DNA of 64,000 bases from Octopus bimaculoides. Lineage: Eukaryota. The notes beneath the pieces were generated by a model. The model made no database searches and was not told where the DNA came from. It saw only the letters and a list, made by a program, of their open reading frames with translations. The stretch is taken from the NCBI RefSeq assembly GCF_001194135.2, contig NC_069002.1, positions 14,931,398 to 14,995,397 of the forward strand. Direction: 5' to 3'. Positions 48,001 to 62,758 of this stretch are shown in pieces (within the stretch, counting starts at the first letter, position 1; each line of letters opens with the position of its first letter). Both the position numbers and the translations under genes were made by a program.

Positions 48001-51000
48001 ACCATCATCATCATCATGTAATGTCTACCTTCCATGCTGGAAGAGGTTGGATGGTTTGACAAGAGCTGGCATGACAAAGGACTGCACCAAACTCTTTATT
48101 GTCTGTTTCGGCATGGTTTCTATTGCTGGATGCCTTTCCTAATGCCACTCAGTTTACAGAGTGTAGTGGGTGCTTTTTGTGAGGCACCAGCACTAGCGAG
48201 GTCACCAAGTAACTTGCAAGACAAGACCCTTCAGATGAGAGGGAAGCAGCTTGTGATAATGTAATAATAGGGGCACAGAAGTAGGTGTCTCACAGGAGAG
48301 GAATTACATGGCTACTTCAGTTGGAAAAAACAGACGAGAGAGAAGGGTCGGGGAAATGGTGAAAATAGTGTAAGTTAGCTTAATTTTTCTGAAGCAATAA
48401 AAAAGTTGAGAAGATTACCAATGCTTTTGAAGAGTGAAAGTATGAGTTAAACGTTATGTTTAATTTGAAAAACGAAAAGAATTTACCACTATTTTTTTAA
48501 AATTTATATTTTAACGATTATAACTGTTTTTACTGTTTTTTGTTTCTATAGTACTTTAAAATTCAAATAATCACAACAAATTTTAAAGAAATTTCTATAA
48601 TCCATGAGATATTCAACTGTTTAAGACCCAATATGGAAGTGCCTCAATAAAAGCAAAAAGTATACATCTTTGGTTCCAACTGGTCAAGAGAACAAACTTG
48701 AAAGCTCAATTGCTTTATCAAGCTTATCTGTGATAAGCCAGCTTAATCTCCATCATATAAAAGTCCTGAAAGGATTGGGATTTAACAATGGATGATAATG
48801 AAAATTCTCATAAAGAATTTAATGATAATTTCTTAGAGCAAGTTGATCAGCTAGATATAGTATCTATTTGCAACTAGATGAACTGGGCCAGTGAAGGGCC
48901 TGCAGGCACAAAGACATTCTGTCGAACTGTTGGCCAGTCAGCTAAGAGCCTATTGGTAGGGTCAGGTGCAATTTGAAAAACATAGGTGCAGGTGTGGCTT
49001 ACCGACCACATGGTTCAGGGGTCAGTCCTATTGCATGGCACCTTGGGCAAGTGTTTTCTACTATATATAGCCTCAGACTGACCAAAACCTTAAGTGGATT
49101 TAGTAGATGGAAACTGGCAGAAGCCCGTCATATATGTGTGTGTGTCTTTGTCCCTCACCACTGCTTGACAACTGTTGTTGGTGTGTTTGCTTCCCCTTAA
49201 CTTAGCAGTTCAGCAAAAGATACTGATAAAATAAGTACTCGGGTTGATTGATTCAAATAAAAAAAATACAAGGTAGTGCCCCAGCATGGCCGTAGTCTAA
49301 TGACTAAAACAAATAAAAGACAAAAGATTCCTGCAAGTATATACATCATTTCCTAATGAAAATTCTATGTGACCTCAACCAGTAGTTTCTTATAGGAAAT
49401 TATATATAGAATACTTAACTTCAGTGATTAAATACAATAATTAATTACATTGACTAAAGACAGAAATTTAGCTATTTAGTAAGATGAAAATTTACATTAT
49501 TGTTATATTTCAGGATGGTCATTTTATTTATTTAGTTTTTTTTTTGTTTTTTTTTTGCCAAATAAACACATGCACTATATATTCATCCTTCACTTGTTTA
49601 TTATTGTTTTTATTTTATTTATGTCCTTTGTCTGGAAATCTTTTGTCACACATCTGTGAATTCTTCAGCGACTCTTTCCATCCGTGGTCTAAGCAGAGCA
49701 GGATGATACACATGGACAGAAAGGGTTGCTGAAGAGGTCACAGATGAGTGACAAAAGATTTCTGGACAATGGACATAAGATAAAATAAGACCAGTTAATA
49801 ACTGAGTGAAGAATGACTATACAGTGTGTTTATTTGGCAAAAATAAGTAAATAAATGACCATCCCAAAATAGAACAATATTTGTTTCAACGCACAGTTTC
49901 ACATCAGGGATCTTGCAACATAAATTCATAATGATTTACATTGTTTCTTATTCAATAAAATAAAATAGTTTAAACATTTATTACCATCAATGAGTTGCCA
50001 TGAATTTTTGGAGACTAAAACGTTACAAGTCAATGTAGCATTCTTTGGATTTATAGCCAAGTTTTCATAACATTCATTGTTAATTTTGCAGATGTCAGTC
50101 TGAAAGAAAGAATGAGTACATTTAGCTATAAATAAAATATTTTCCATTTCGTAGAAGTTAATTATCCTTTCACATAAAGGGGACATAACTTGATGTGCTT
50201 TAGTTTTCCAGTCATACCACACTGCCTCATCATCATTGGTGCTACACGGATGGGTCTGGTTCTAATTTAACATCTATATTTCTCAAGTATAACTCTTTTT
50301 CTCTCTCTGTCTCAGGTTATCTGTCCGTCTCTCCCTCTGTCTGTCTATCCTTCTGTCTGTCTGTCTGCCTCTCTCACACATACGGTACAAATGATTCATC
50401 ACCAGATGGTGTAGTATCATGATGGAGTACAAGAGATTCCACTAAAACATCAAATATGTTTTATACTAATAATAGATTTAGAATAATAATTTAAAAAATA
50501 TTGAAAATATATAAGGAAAGTTCAATAGGCGTAGGAGTGGCTGTGTGGTAAGTAGCTTGCTTACCAACTACATGGTTCCGGGTTCAGTCCCACTGCGTGG
50601 CACTTTGGGCAAGTGTCTTCTACTATAGCCTCGGGCTGACCAAAGCCATGTGAGTGGATTTGGTAGGCGGAAACTGAAAGAAGCCTGTCGTATATATGTA
50701 TATATATGTGTTTGTGTGTCTGTGTTTGTCCCCCCAACATCACTTGACAACTGATGCTGGTGTGTTTACGTCTCCGTAACTTAGCGGTTCGGCAAAAGAG
50801 ACCGATAGAATAAGTCCTGGGGTCGATTTCCTCGACTAAAGGCGTTGCTCCAGCATGGCCACAGTCAAATGACTGAAACAAGTAAAAGAGAAAGAGTATT
50901 CTCATTTCTTCGAGGAAAAGAGAAATGTTGACATTCTTTAGAGGATGTGACTAACAAATCTATATGTGTGTGTATACACACACACACACATTGTATGATG

Positions 51001-52222
51001 AACTTCTTCACAGTTTCTGTCTACTAAATTCCACTGACAGAGCTGGTCAAGCTGAAATTATGACAGAAGACACTCACCCAGAGTGCCATGAAATGGGACT
51101 AAACCCAGAAGAAAGTATTTCTTTGATGTTTTCATTCTTCATCTGTTTTAGTCATGGAACAACAGCCATGTCAGGAGAAGCGTTTTTGAACATTTTTACC
51201 CAATTGTGTCGTCACCAGGACTTATTCTTTTATGGCCCTCAATAAGTTGTAAAAACAAACGTTTAAATATGAATTGTCAATGTACACTTACCCTTGGGGA
51301 ACATTTCGTTTCAGTACATTTTTCACAAAGTGAATTAAATGTGACAACCACAAAGCTGTTGGACCAGGTGGAGTTGTCGTTGCTTACAGAAACTTCAAAG
51401 ACTTTAGCTGATGGTATTTGACATTCAATTTGTTCTTCAGATGAATAAACAGCTTTCATGAAAATATAGTTTCCTGTAGATACAAATTTGTCAGCACCCT
51501 TCTGTTGAAGAAAAAGTAAAAAAAGAGATAAATTAATAAAGTGACTCGTTAAGTTAATTAAATAAATACATAAGCAACTTTAATAACTAAAATGAAATAA
51601 CAAAATATAGAATTATCTAAATAATATAATCCTTTCTACTAAAGACACAAAGCCTGAAATTTTGGGGGAGGGGACTAGCTGATTACATCAACCCCAGTGT
51701 TTCACTGGTACTTAATTCATAGACATCAAAAATTTGAAAAATAAAGTCGACCTCACCAGAATTTGAACTCAGAATGTAGTGATGGGCAAAATACCACTAA
51801 GCATTTCGTCTAACATGCTTATGATTCTATCAGCACACCGCTTTAATAATAGTAGCAACAACAATAATAATAATAATAATAATCCTTTCTACAAAAAGGC
51901 ACAAGGCCTGAAATTTGGTAGGACGGGGACTAGTCAGTTACATTAATCCAGAGAAAAATCTGCATCCATAAATTCCTTATGTTCCATGCAAACATGGAAA
52001 AGTGGACATTAAAATGATGAACATGTAGCTAATCCTCAAACATATTAAATTTATTTGCACATGGTGCAGGCATGGCTGTGTGGTAAGAAGTTTGGTTCCC
52101 AACCACATGATTCCAGGTTCAGTCCTACTGTGTGACACCTTGGGCAATTGTCTTCTACTATAATCTTGGGCTGACCAAAGCTGTGTGAGTAGATTTGGTA
52201 GACAAACTGAAAGAAGCCTGTC

Positions 52223-52261
<39 letters not shown>

Positions 52262-52639
52262 AATTTAGTAAATGGAGTAAAATGCATATTTTAAATGAAT
52301 TCTTTTATTTCCAACATATTCGGTTAAAATGTCTTACGGTTAAGCTGGTTCCTATGTATTTCCCTGAGGAGAAGATTACATCCTTATCAACATCACCTAT
52401 TCCTATGGAAGGTATAATTTGTAATCTTCGAAACATATGTTGGAAATAAAAGAATTCATTTAACATATGCGTTTTACTCCATTTACTAAATCTATATATT
52501 TACTCAAATAACAAGGAGTTTCTACCTCATAAACAGGAGTTACACCACAGTCATTTTGTGATCTTTGCTACCCTGGTATCTATTATCCAATTTATTTTGT
52601 CCAAGTTAATTATTAACTAGGAGAAAATAAATGCATATA

Positions 52640-52688
<49 letters not shown>

Positions 52689-55600
52689 TATGTATGTCTT
52701 TGTGTCTATGTTTGCTCTCCCACCACCACTTGATGACTGGTGTTGGTGTGTTTGTATCTTCATGACTTAGCAGTTCAGCAAAAGCGAGCAATAAAATAAG
52801 TACTACGATTTAAAAAAATAAGCCCTGGGGTCGATTTGTTTGACTGAAACTCTTCAATGCAGTACTCCAGCATGGCCGCAGTCAAATAACTAAAACAAGT
52901 AACAAATATTCAGAAGCAGAACCTTGTAACTGATCTGATAAACCTGGGTACTTTAATCTGAGATGAAATAGTGATCCTAATCTCAGTTGCCTTATCCAGA
53001 TTCAATCATGGATTGGATTTCACTTCTGTAAGGTTACAAAACGAACATTAATTATAGAGTGCTCAAACTGTATAGAGCAGGTGATGAAGCAGTAGTTTTT
53101 AAATTGTACTTCTATTTGAAGGTGTATGACCTAGGGGGTTAAACTGTTGCACTCATGATTGCTAGATCATGGCTTCAATTCCAAGATCAGGCAGCACATT
53201 GAGTTCCTGAGCAAAACACTCCATTTTATACTACTCTAGTTCTCCTTTTAATCAAAGGGGAGGGTTGGCCAGCTTTCCTAGCTAGCGGGGTCATTTGATG
53301 GTTAAAACAATGCAAAATGCATTGTGAACAGCGATATGTAACAATATCAGATAGTCATGTCAGTCACATGGCCACTTTTATATGTCCAGGTGGACTTAGT
53401 CATTCAAGAGTTGAGTGACTTAAGTTCTTAGTCATAGACATGGTGTTATGTCCATGGCCAAATGTGAATGAACGACCCTCTACTTGTTGCCCAGCCTCTC
53501 TGTAATTCCAGCTGGTCATAGTTCTCCAATAAATATATATAAATCAGATGGCAAAGAATAACATATAATAAGAAAATAACATAAAAATAAAAAAGTAAAA
53601 TTGCTTAAAAATATAATTAAAAAAATGCAATTAGTTAAAAAAATAATTTCAAAAATATTACATAAAAATGACACAAGAAACACTGATAACAACATAAAAA
53701 AAAACATAAAAAAACTTAATGAATATTTACAGTCATCTCTTGTAGTCGGCACATCAAGGTTTCAGAGTCAGTGAATCCTGTACCAGTAATTATTACGGTT
53801 TGAATCTTTGTCAGTCGGATATCAATGAGGACAGTGTTCTGAATAAGTTTTGGTGGTTCAGTCTTCTTCAATGAACAATCAGCCCCATCAAACTCTTCTG
53901 AACATTGACAGATACCTGGAAAGAAGAAAGAAACAGCTTGAACTTAACATTCATGACATTTTTTAAACTTTCTATGACATAGCTACTTGGGAAATAACTA
54001 AATTGACAACCACTTGAGAAATGGCTAAAATGACAGTTGGAATTTACAGAAAGACAAAAGATGAAGACAGGTGTATATAAACAGCAAACAGGTGGGTTAG
54101 TTTAATGCTTGGGAAGGTGAGAAAGTCTTTTACATTTCGAGCCTACACTCTTCAACAGAAAGCTAAATTGACAGCTACCTGAGAAATAACTAAATTGACA
54201 GCTACTTGAGAAATAGTCAAATTGACAGTCACTTGAGAAATAGCTAAATTGACAGTTGGAATTTACAGAAACACATAAGATGAAGACAGGTGTATATACA
54301 CAGCAACCAGGTGTGTTAGTTTAAGGCTCGGGAAGGTGAGAAAGTCTTATATTTTGAGCATACACTCTTCAACAGAAAGCTAAATTGACAGCTACTTGAG
54401 AAATAACTAAATTGACAGCTACTTGTAAAATAGCCAAATTGACAGTCACTTGAAAAATAACTAAATTGACATGGCTACTTAAGAAATCATGTGCTGATAA
54501 CTTAGTTATAGTTGAATTTGTTGTAGGGTTGGAGAAGAAATTCAAAGTGTGGAAACAAACACTGGAACCAATGAAGGTTAAAGTTAACTTAGTAAAGATT
54601 AATCCTTTTGAAACAACCTGAGACTGCCTCTGGTTCTATGATACAAACTTCCTCTTTTAAAGTGATTTAAATTTAGATATTTTATCAAAATTTCCTGTTA
54701 TGTTCCAAATATCAACTTATTTCCCATTATTTTCAAGATTAATTAAAACAAAGGCAGTGTGTTTTCAACAGAAATCATCATCATTAGGCGGTGAGCGGGC
54801 AGAAACGTTAGCACACTGGGCGAAATGCTAAGCAGTATTTCATCTGCCGTTATGTTCTGAGTTCAAATTCCGCCAAGGCCGACTTTGCCTTTCATCCTTT
54901 CGGGGTCGATAAATTAAGTACCAGTTACGCACTGGGGTCAATGTAATCGACTTAATCCGTTTGTCTGTCCTTGTTTGTCCCCTCTATGTTTAGCCCCTTG
55001 TGGGCAATAAAGAAATAAGAAATCATCATCATCTTTTAACATCCATTTTCCATGCTGGCATGGACTGGATAGTTTAAGAGGAACTGCCAAAGCCAGGGAT
55101 TGTACCAGGTTCCATTGTCTGTTTTGGCTTGGTTTCTTCATGTTCCTAACATGAACAACTTCACAAAGTGCACTGGGTGCTTTTTACATAACACCAGCAC
55201 CAGTGCTTTTTATGTGGCACCAGCACCAAGCATTTTACATGGAACCTTAGCTTTAGGGTATCAGGCAGCTTGGTTTTAGGCTATCAATACAAAAAAGGGT
55301 TAAAATAGTAATAAGAAGGTAAACAGACGGGAGTCTGCTACCTTCAGAGAAGCTGTCTTGCTTGATAAAAATCAACCTAAGGCTGTTGTTGTTTAGTCCC
55401 AATTTGTCCTGGATACAAAAAAAACTGATTTACATGACTTATTAGAATGTACAGCAAAATGTGCATCGTAGTATTTGTTACAGTTCTTTACATTTTAAGT
55501 TCAAATCCTACTGAGGATAACTTTGCTTTTTATTGGATCATGGGGTTTGATAAAGACAAAGAAGCAATCGAGAAGTTATTCTTGAACCAGTGGAATGACA

Positions 55601-56827
55601 GAATTGGTAGAGCATGAGACAAAATGGTTTATGGAATATGGTTTATTCTGGGGTTTTATATTGTGAGTTCTAAATCCTTGGCTGATAGACTTTACCTATC
55701 AACCTGTCTAACATCACAACACCTGGTAAACTGGTTGAGAGGAGTGCATAGTTGTAATTATTCAGGGCATGGTTTGTGAGTAATGTCTTCCTATCAGTGC
55801 CAGGCAACTTCAAAAGTAAAGTATTATAAATGCTGCCTTTCCTCCCTGAGACAAAACAGTGAGAGAAAGATACAAAATTTGAGAGAGAGAGTGAGGTGTG
55901 GTGGTAGTGGTGGTAATCTCTCCAAGACTGTTTTGCTTCTTGTTTTGATTCTTCAGATAAAGTTAATCATGGATGTATTTATCCAATGATTTCTTCTTTT
56001 TTTTTTAAAGATGGTACAGTGTGATTTGAGGAAGACTTGGTTGCTATTTCTTGCAAGTCAAGTATCCACTCAGACGTTTATCTCTTATTGACTTGCATGG
56101 TACAAATATCTAGACTCCTGATGAAGATGATGATCAGAGGTTCAATTCTTTATTGAATTATAATGTGATGTGTAAGTTGAGTGATTATATTGTGCCCTTC
56201 AGCAAGACACTTAACCTTTTCATTACCTCAGTTGACTCAGCTGAAAATGGGAATTAGTGACAGCTGTGAGGTGGGGGTTTAACTCTATGACAGATTGGTG
56301 TCCCATTCAGAGTGGGAGAGTCATGTGACAATTAGTTATTTAAGTATCACGGAAATTGAGGTAAACTCTTAAGCTAACAGGTCTGTCAGCTTGAGACAGA
56401 ATTATCACAATACAAATATAATGGAACAGATTTAATAAATATGAATAACCAACCCTCTAAACATTTTCCTTGTTTGTTGCAGTCATTGAGACAGAGTCCT
56501 TTGGTGAAATTTGCTGGCAGTTTCACGTCTCCTTCTTCTGTCTTCTCCCAGAGATCAACTTCTGTTTTGATGGTTATCATCGTTGCTTCCTTCAGAGTCA
56601 AAAGCGCTGTTGTTCTCCAAACTAAATCACCCGTTAGCTACAAGAAGAAAAGAAACTTGATAATAAGGATAATAATAGTAATAATTCTTTTTTTTACTAC
56701 TAAAGGCACAAGGCCTGAAATTTGGTGGAAGTGGGGGTCTAGGTGATTACACTGACCCCAGTATTTCACTGGTAGTTAATTTATTGACCCTGAAAGGATG
56801 AAAGGTTAAGTTGACCTCATCACAATT

Positions 56828-56874
<47 letters not shown>

Positions 56875-56875
56875 G

Positions 56876-56919
<44 letters not shown>

Positions 56920-56920
56920 G

Positions 56921-56958
<38 letters not shown>

Positions 56959-57711
56959 TTGACCCAGGAATTGTCAAGAAGGAAGGCAAAACAAACATGT
57001 AGATTCCTATTAAATATGAGATGGCTCAACTGTGGAAATTGAAGAAAGTGAGGACTCAATACCTAGAACCTAGATCACAAGTACTTCAACAAAGCTGCTT
57101 GAAACCAGTGTGGAGATTTATACTAACCATAGAACCTATGTAGAGCAAAATAGATACTAGCATTGAAAGCTGTGGAATGTATATTAAGTAGTCCTGGTTT
57201 TACTGTGCATAGCAAACAATTGAGATTGTCAAGGATGGAAATCATTTAATCAGAGGCTTAACTCAATTAGAGGCATTAATCAACAAAAAAGACATCATCA
57301 TACAATAAGCTAATTGCTAAAAAAATTAAGTAACACACTCACGCACAAAAGATGATGCGGAAAGCTACTTACATGTAAATCTGTTGTACAAGATTCTATG
57401 TAATTCTCTATAGAGATAGATGGTAATTTCTGAATGACTTTAGCAACCTCAGTGATCATAATAAATTCTTGACAGTAGGTCTTGGCTTGTTCTAAGGTGA
57501 TGTTGCTGGAAATATCCTGACACGAAAAAAAAAAAAAAAAGAAAAACCATGAGGAGAGATTGTAAATGCATAGACTTAATTTAGTTTTTGGAAGAAAAAA
57601 TATTTTTTTAGAAATAGGATAATTTCAAAAAATAATGGACAAAAAATATAATTATTAAGTTACACTTGTGTATCAGTTTGGGGCAAAACCAGTTAGAGTT
57701 GTTGTAGTTAT

Positions 57712-57747
<36 letters not shown>

Positions 57748-59877
57748 AGTGGATGCAGCTTCTTTTATGTTCAATCCTTTGTCTTTTTAAAAAGTTATCC
57801 TTCANNNNNNNNNNNNNNNNNNNNNNNNNNNNNNNNNNNNNNNNNNNNNNNNNNNNNNNNNNNNNNNNNNNNNNNNNNNNNNNNNNNNNNNNNNNNNNNN
57901 NNNNNNNNNNTATTATCATTGCAAAATAATTATTAATTAAGACGAAATAAAAGGAATTACAAAAAAAAAAAAATGATAAAATCTTATTCTTTTACTGTTT
58001 CATTTGTGCATTCAATAGCAGTGTGGGGTGGGAGAGATGGTTTTTCTATTTTCTACTACTTTGAACATTTCGACTGGGAAATCAGTAAGAGAAGAACACA
58101 TCAATCCCAAAAATCTGTATATTATATTGAGGACTTACCACAGAAACGTATGTCTCGTTGTATTCAAAAGTTGTTTGTGGTTGGAGTTTCTCACATTTCT
58201 TGGGTTCTTTGGCATGTTTAATCAAAGTTGATGTTATGTCTTTGACACCTGAAATTTCAAAATGGAAGAAGGAAAATAATCTTTCGTAGTTTTATATAAT
58301 GATATGACAGAGCTTTAAACTTGATCCTATTTTGTTTTGGCAACTTTCAGTGGATGAAAAGCCAAGTCAAATGTGAATTGATTTGAATTCAAAACAAAGT
58401 GTTGCAACTAAATACCACCAGGTATTTAGTTGATCCCTGTTTGATTCTACCAATTCATCTCCACTATAAAGTCCCATCATAAAACAGAAATATTGTTACG
58501 TTAAAATATTAGTATTTAAACACTGATAAAACAATTAATCTATCTTCCATGACTGCCCCATCATTTCTTGTCTCCGATGACTATGTGGACATTTCTTCAT
58601 TAAAATGACAAAGAACACCCCTAAAAAGATGACTTTACAGATAACTATACCAAATTATATATTTGTTTTGCAAGATTCTTGATGTGGATTTATCATGTGA
58701 ATTTATGTGTTGAAACAGATATTGTATTGAGGGATGGTCATGTTACCAGTTTAGCCAATGAAAACACATGCACTATATATTTGGTGTTCACTTCAGCTTT
58801 ATTTTATATTAATTGTATTTCAACCAGAGCACTTTCATCACACTTCTGTGGCCTCATCAGTGGTCCTTTGCTTTCTTTCGTTTTTGTGCCTCTCCTTACT
58901 AACGGTCTGCCATTTTGTATCGCTGTTGTAGGTGTCTTTATTTGTGCATGCATATATCCCTGTGTGTGTCTATGTTTAGTAAGTGTGTGTGTGTGGGGGG
59001 GGGGGAATGGCTATGGCACCTGCATTATCACTATACCAAATTACTTTATCAGCAAAATTGTGATGTGAAAGTTGGTAATTTTCATTTACCTTTAGATTTT
59101 CGTTTTGAAAAATCTCCACAGTTAACAACATCCATATTTGTGCCACACACTGATTCCTGATTGTCAACACAATGACAGTAAACTTCCTGTGACATAGTTT
59201 CATTAGCTTCTGGGCAATATCCATTATACAAAGTGTTTTCCTTTTTAACTCTATAATAAGAAATAATAAATTATATTTCCTTTCACAATACAAATAATTA
59301 CACAAGAATTGCAATTGATAGTTAATTAAGATAATATTGATCACTGAAGGTAGTTGTCTATAAACAGATAACTTTTTCAATGTTCCTGTATTTAATGTAA
59401 ATATAATGATTTCTAATGTTGCTTTGCTGTGTTTTTTTCTTTAAGTCTTTGTTGTTTATCTTTTTATTGTCTTATTTTTTATTTATTTATTGGTAACCAC
59501 TATAGCATAGGGTCTATTTTTGAGAACCTATTTTTCTAGCTTGCTTCATATTCTGTTTATCTTGCCTTCATGTGGTTGTTACGTATTCTGTCTGGGGTCT
59601 GGGTACTTTTTTGTGTTGATTAAATTATTTTGATGAAATAGTTTCTCCTTTTATGGTTTAGCAGTTGTAAGTTATGGTTCAGGGGTGTCATATCCTGTTA
59701 TCCTAGAAATGTTATTCTTAGTATTTATTAAATCACACATGTACACACACACACACACGCTCGCACGCACGTGTAACTTGTTTGCTTTTACAAATATAAA
59801 GGAAAACAGTTCTTGCCTAAAGATTGCAGTAGTGTGAAACTTGAAGTACAAGGAAAACAAACTCATTCTCTCTCTCT

Positions 59878-59961
<84 letters not shown>

Positions 59962-60103
59962 GCACCCATGAACACACAGACAATGAATGAATGAACACAT
60001 GCTATGCATACAAGCATGAAAACATATTAAGCTCAGAATGGTACAAAATTTGAGAACTTGAGAGAGACAAGTAAGAGAGAGAGAGAGAGATAGTGAGATA
60101 AAG

Positions 60104-60138
<35 letters not shown>

Positions 60139-62718
60139 GAGAGACAGATAATTCACCTCCAACTCAAAGAGAATGGTTTCGGTCGTTTAGACTTGGTGGC
60201 GTAAACGGTTCCATTTGGGAAGCGAAGATCATTTTTCTTGTTGTCATCATAAACTCCACATAAACCTGACAGCAAACAACGAAACATTTATGAAAATGTT
60301 AACAAAATATTCTTTTCAGAAATGTAAACAAGTTTTTATGTATTAAAGCATCTGAGATCAGAAGATGCTTTCGTTAAATTAATCTTTTTTCATTGTGTTT
60401 TTTACCAAATAATATTTTACTTATATGTGTGTGTGTGTGTGTGTGTTTGCGTGCATATGTGCATGGTTGCTTGTGTGCATGCGTGTGTGATGTATGTGCG
60501 TTTTAACCTTTTTGTTATTATATTGTATTATCATATTATATTATATGTTATTATATATATTTGTTATTATATTATTGTTATTATATTGGAAGCCCTGCTG
60601 AAATGCACAGGCTTCGTTTCAATTTTGAAAATAAACAAAGAATTTAGTAAAATAACTTTGTCATTATTAAACTTATGTTTGAAGCATAAATTAACATGAA
60701 ATTTCATGGTAAGTTTTAGTTTAGTTCATTTTAAAACAAGAAATGTGCATCACAGAACCAGGGGCACTCTTAAATGGGTTTGTATCAAAAGGGTTAAACA
60801 AAATTTCTCTGTAGACTGGAAAAAATATAATGAACAGCTTTGATTGATTTTCGAACCATATTTAAGTTCTCACCAGAGATGTTTACATCAGTTGACTAAT
60901 CCCAGAGATATAAGGAGTCAATTCATTTATATACATGACACATTCAGTTGTTTCTGAGGAATGAAATTACGTGGTCTGATCAATAAGTATCCAGACTGTT
61001 GCCATAGTAACGAAGCTAAAGCATGCATTATAAAGTTGCTTGGCAGAAATTGACCTTGAACTTTGCTGTGCATGTGCACTAAGTTTTAATGTTCTAGCTG
61101 ACTTCCACTGTTTGCAGCAGTGCTTGGAAGGAAGGTGTGTAGTGTGTGATCATCGCATTGACCATGACAAGAGAAATTTGAGCAGAGAATCTGCATCAAA
61201 TTTTGCCAAAAGCTTGGTGTTACCTGCTCTGAGGTCTACGCAAAGTTTCAAAAAAGTTTTCATCATTCTCGACATAATTGTTTTGGTCCGCTGGAAGCAA
61301 TTTTGATACAAAATTGACAGACACGTGTCTCATACCCAAATTTTCAGTGATAATGGACTGAACTGAACGGTAACTAATTTGCATATCCTATGATAACTCA
61401 TGGATAGTGATTTGATGATTTCTCCTCACAGCTGTGCACACATCTGCAATGTTTTTAACAGTTCTGCTAGTTGCAGGTCTCCCAGAACGTTTGTCATATA
61501 TATACACATAACTGGCCCTTGTACTGATGGCATGTAAAAAGTACCCACTACACTTTCGGAGTGTTTGCCATTAGGAAGGTCATCCACCTGTAGAAACTTT
61601 GCCAGATCAGATTTGAACCTGGTGTAGCCTTCTGGCTTGCCAGCCCTCAGTCAAACCGTCCAACCCATGCCAGCATGGAAAGCGGACGTTAAATGACGAC
61701 GATGATGATGACATACATATATATATATATATATACACACACATATATACACATACATATATTTATACACACACATGTACATATATATATTTACATACAC
61801 ACACACACACATATATATATATATGCACACACATATACACATACACACACCCATATGCACGCACAGACACACACACACATATGTATGTATGTATGTGTGT
61901 ATTCTATTACAAAAAATACTTATGTGAATTAAGTGTCTGAGGAGTAAAAAGTGAATGAGATTTATTCAATGTCAAGTCTGGTTCTATCCTTACCTTCTGT
62001 ATGTTTGAAATCAGTTGCACTAGCTTTGTAAATTACATTCACAAATTCATTGTGAGAAGTAACAGTAACAACTCCTCCTGTTGGCAAATACACCTGAATA
62101 AATAAAAATAAACGTAGCTTATAAGTGAGCATGCATAACATATTGGACTATGGTGTGTTAGTGTACAGATTGCGACTGACAAACTGACATAACTCATGTT
62201 TATTACAAATACATTTATGGTGAGCAATAGTAGAATTGGTCACAGGCTTCCAGCCAGCCACTTGTGGTTTTGCTGATTTCCAGTGGTGTTAGTGACAAGC
62301 AAAGTGCCTATAACTTGATTTGGAACAAATAATTGATAACAGTTCATTTGTAAAGTGACAGTGTTATTGTTGAGGGTTACGTCCTTCACAAGGGGTACAT
62401 TCAGTCACAGACACAGCTGTAGGCATGAATGAGTGATTAAAAAGGTTGTTTTGCAGTAATGCAGCTTGGGATTTGATTTTATTGCACGATACCTTGGGTA
62501 AGTGCTTTCTATTTTGGCTCCAGGTTGATCGATACATTGGTTGTAAATTTTAGCAGACAGAAACTGTACAGAAACTCATTTCGTGTGTGTGTGTGTGTGT
62601 GTGATGTTACACCTGTACAGGTAATGGTGATCTGATGGAGGGAGTGAGCTTATATGTACACAAACTTGTTTGGTAAGAAATTGTTGAACCTTCATATGTC
62701 ATCTAGCGATGGAAGAGT

Positions 62719-62758
<40 letters not shown>

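Larger units (their letters stand above)
52067..52905 (+). mobile_element. SINE family B split at its (AT)n tract by a hammerhead-bearing palindrome
   Basis: 5' half 52067-52226, 3' half about 52690-52905. Confidence 0.75.

Noticed and set aside
53989-54485. CRISPR-like look of the 27-bp repeats
   Set aside because: Eukaryotic intron, mostly contiguous units with no unique spacers, and no cas genes
56747-57059. Poly-Y/L/N ORFs; likewise poly-IY, CV and HT ORFs elsewhere
   Set aside because: Translations of microsatellites
62240-62400. About 50-codon open frame on the minus strand between exons A2 and A3
   Set aside because: Ends in a stop, has no counterpart in modules B or C, and the exon chain is complete without it
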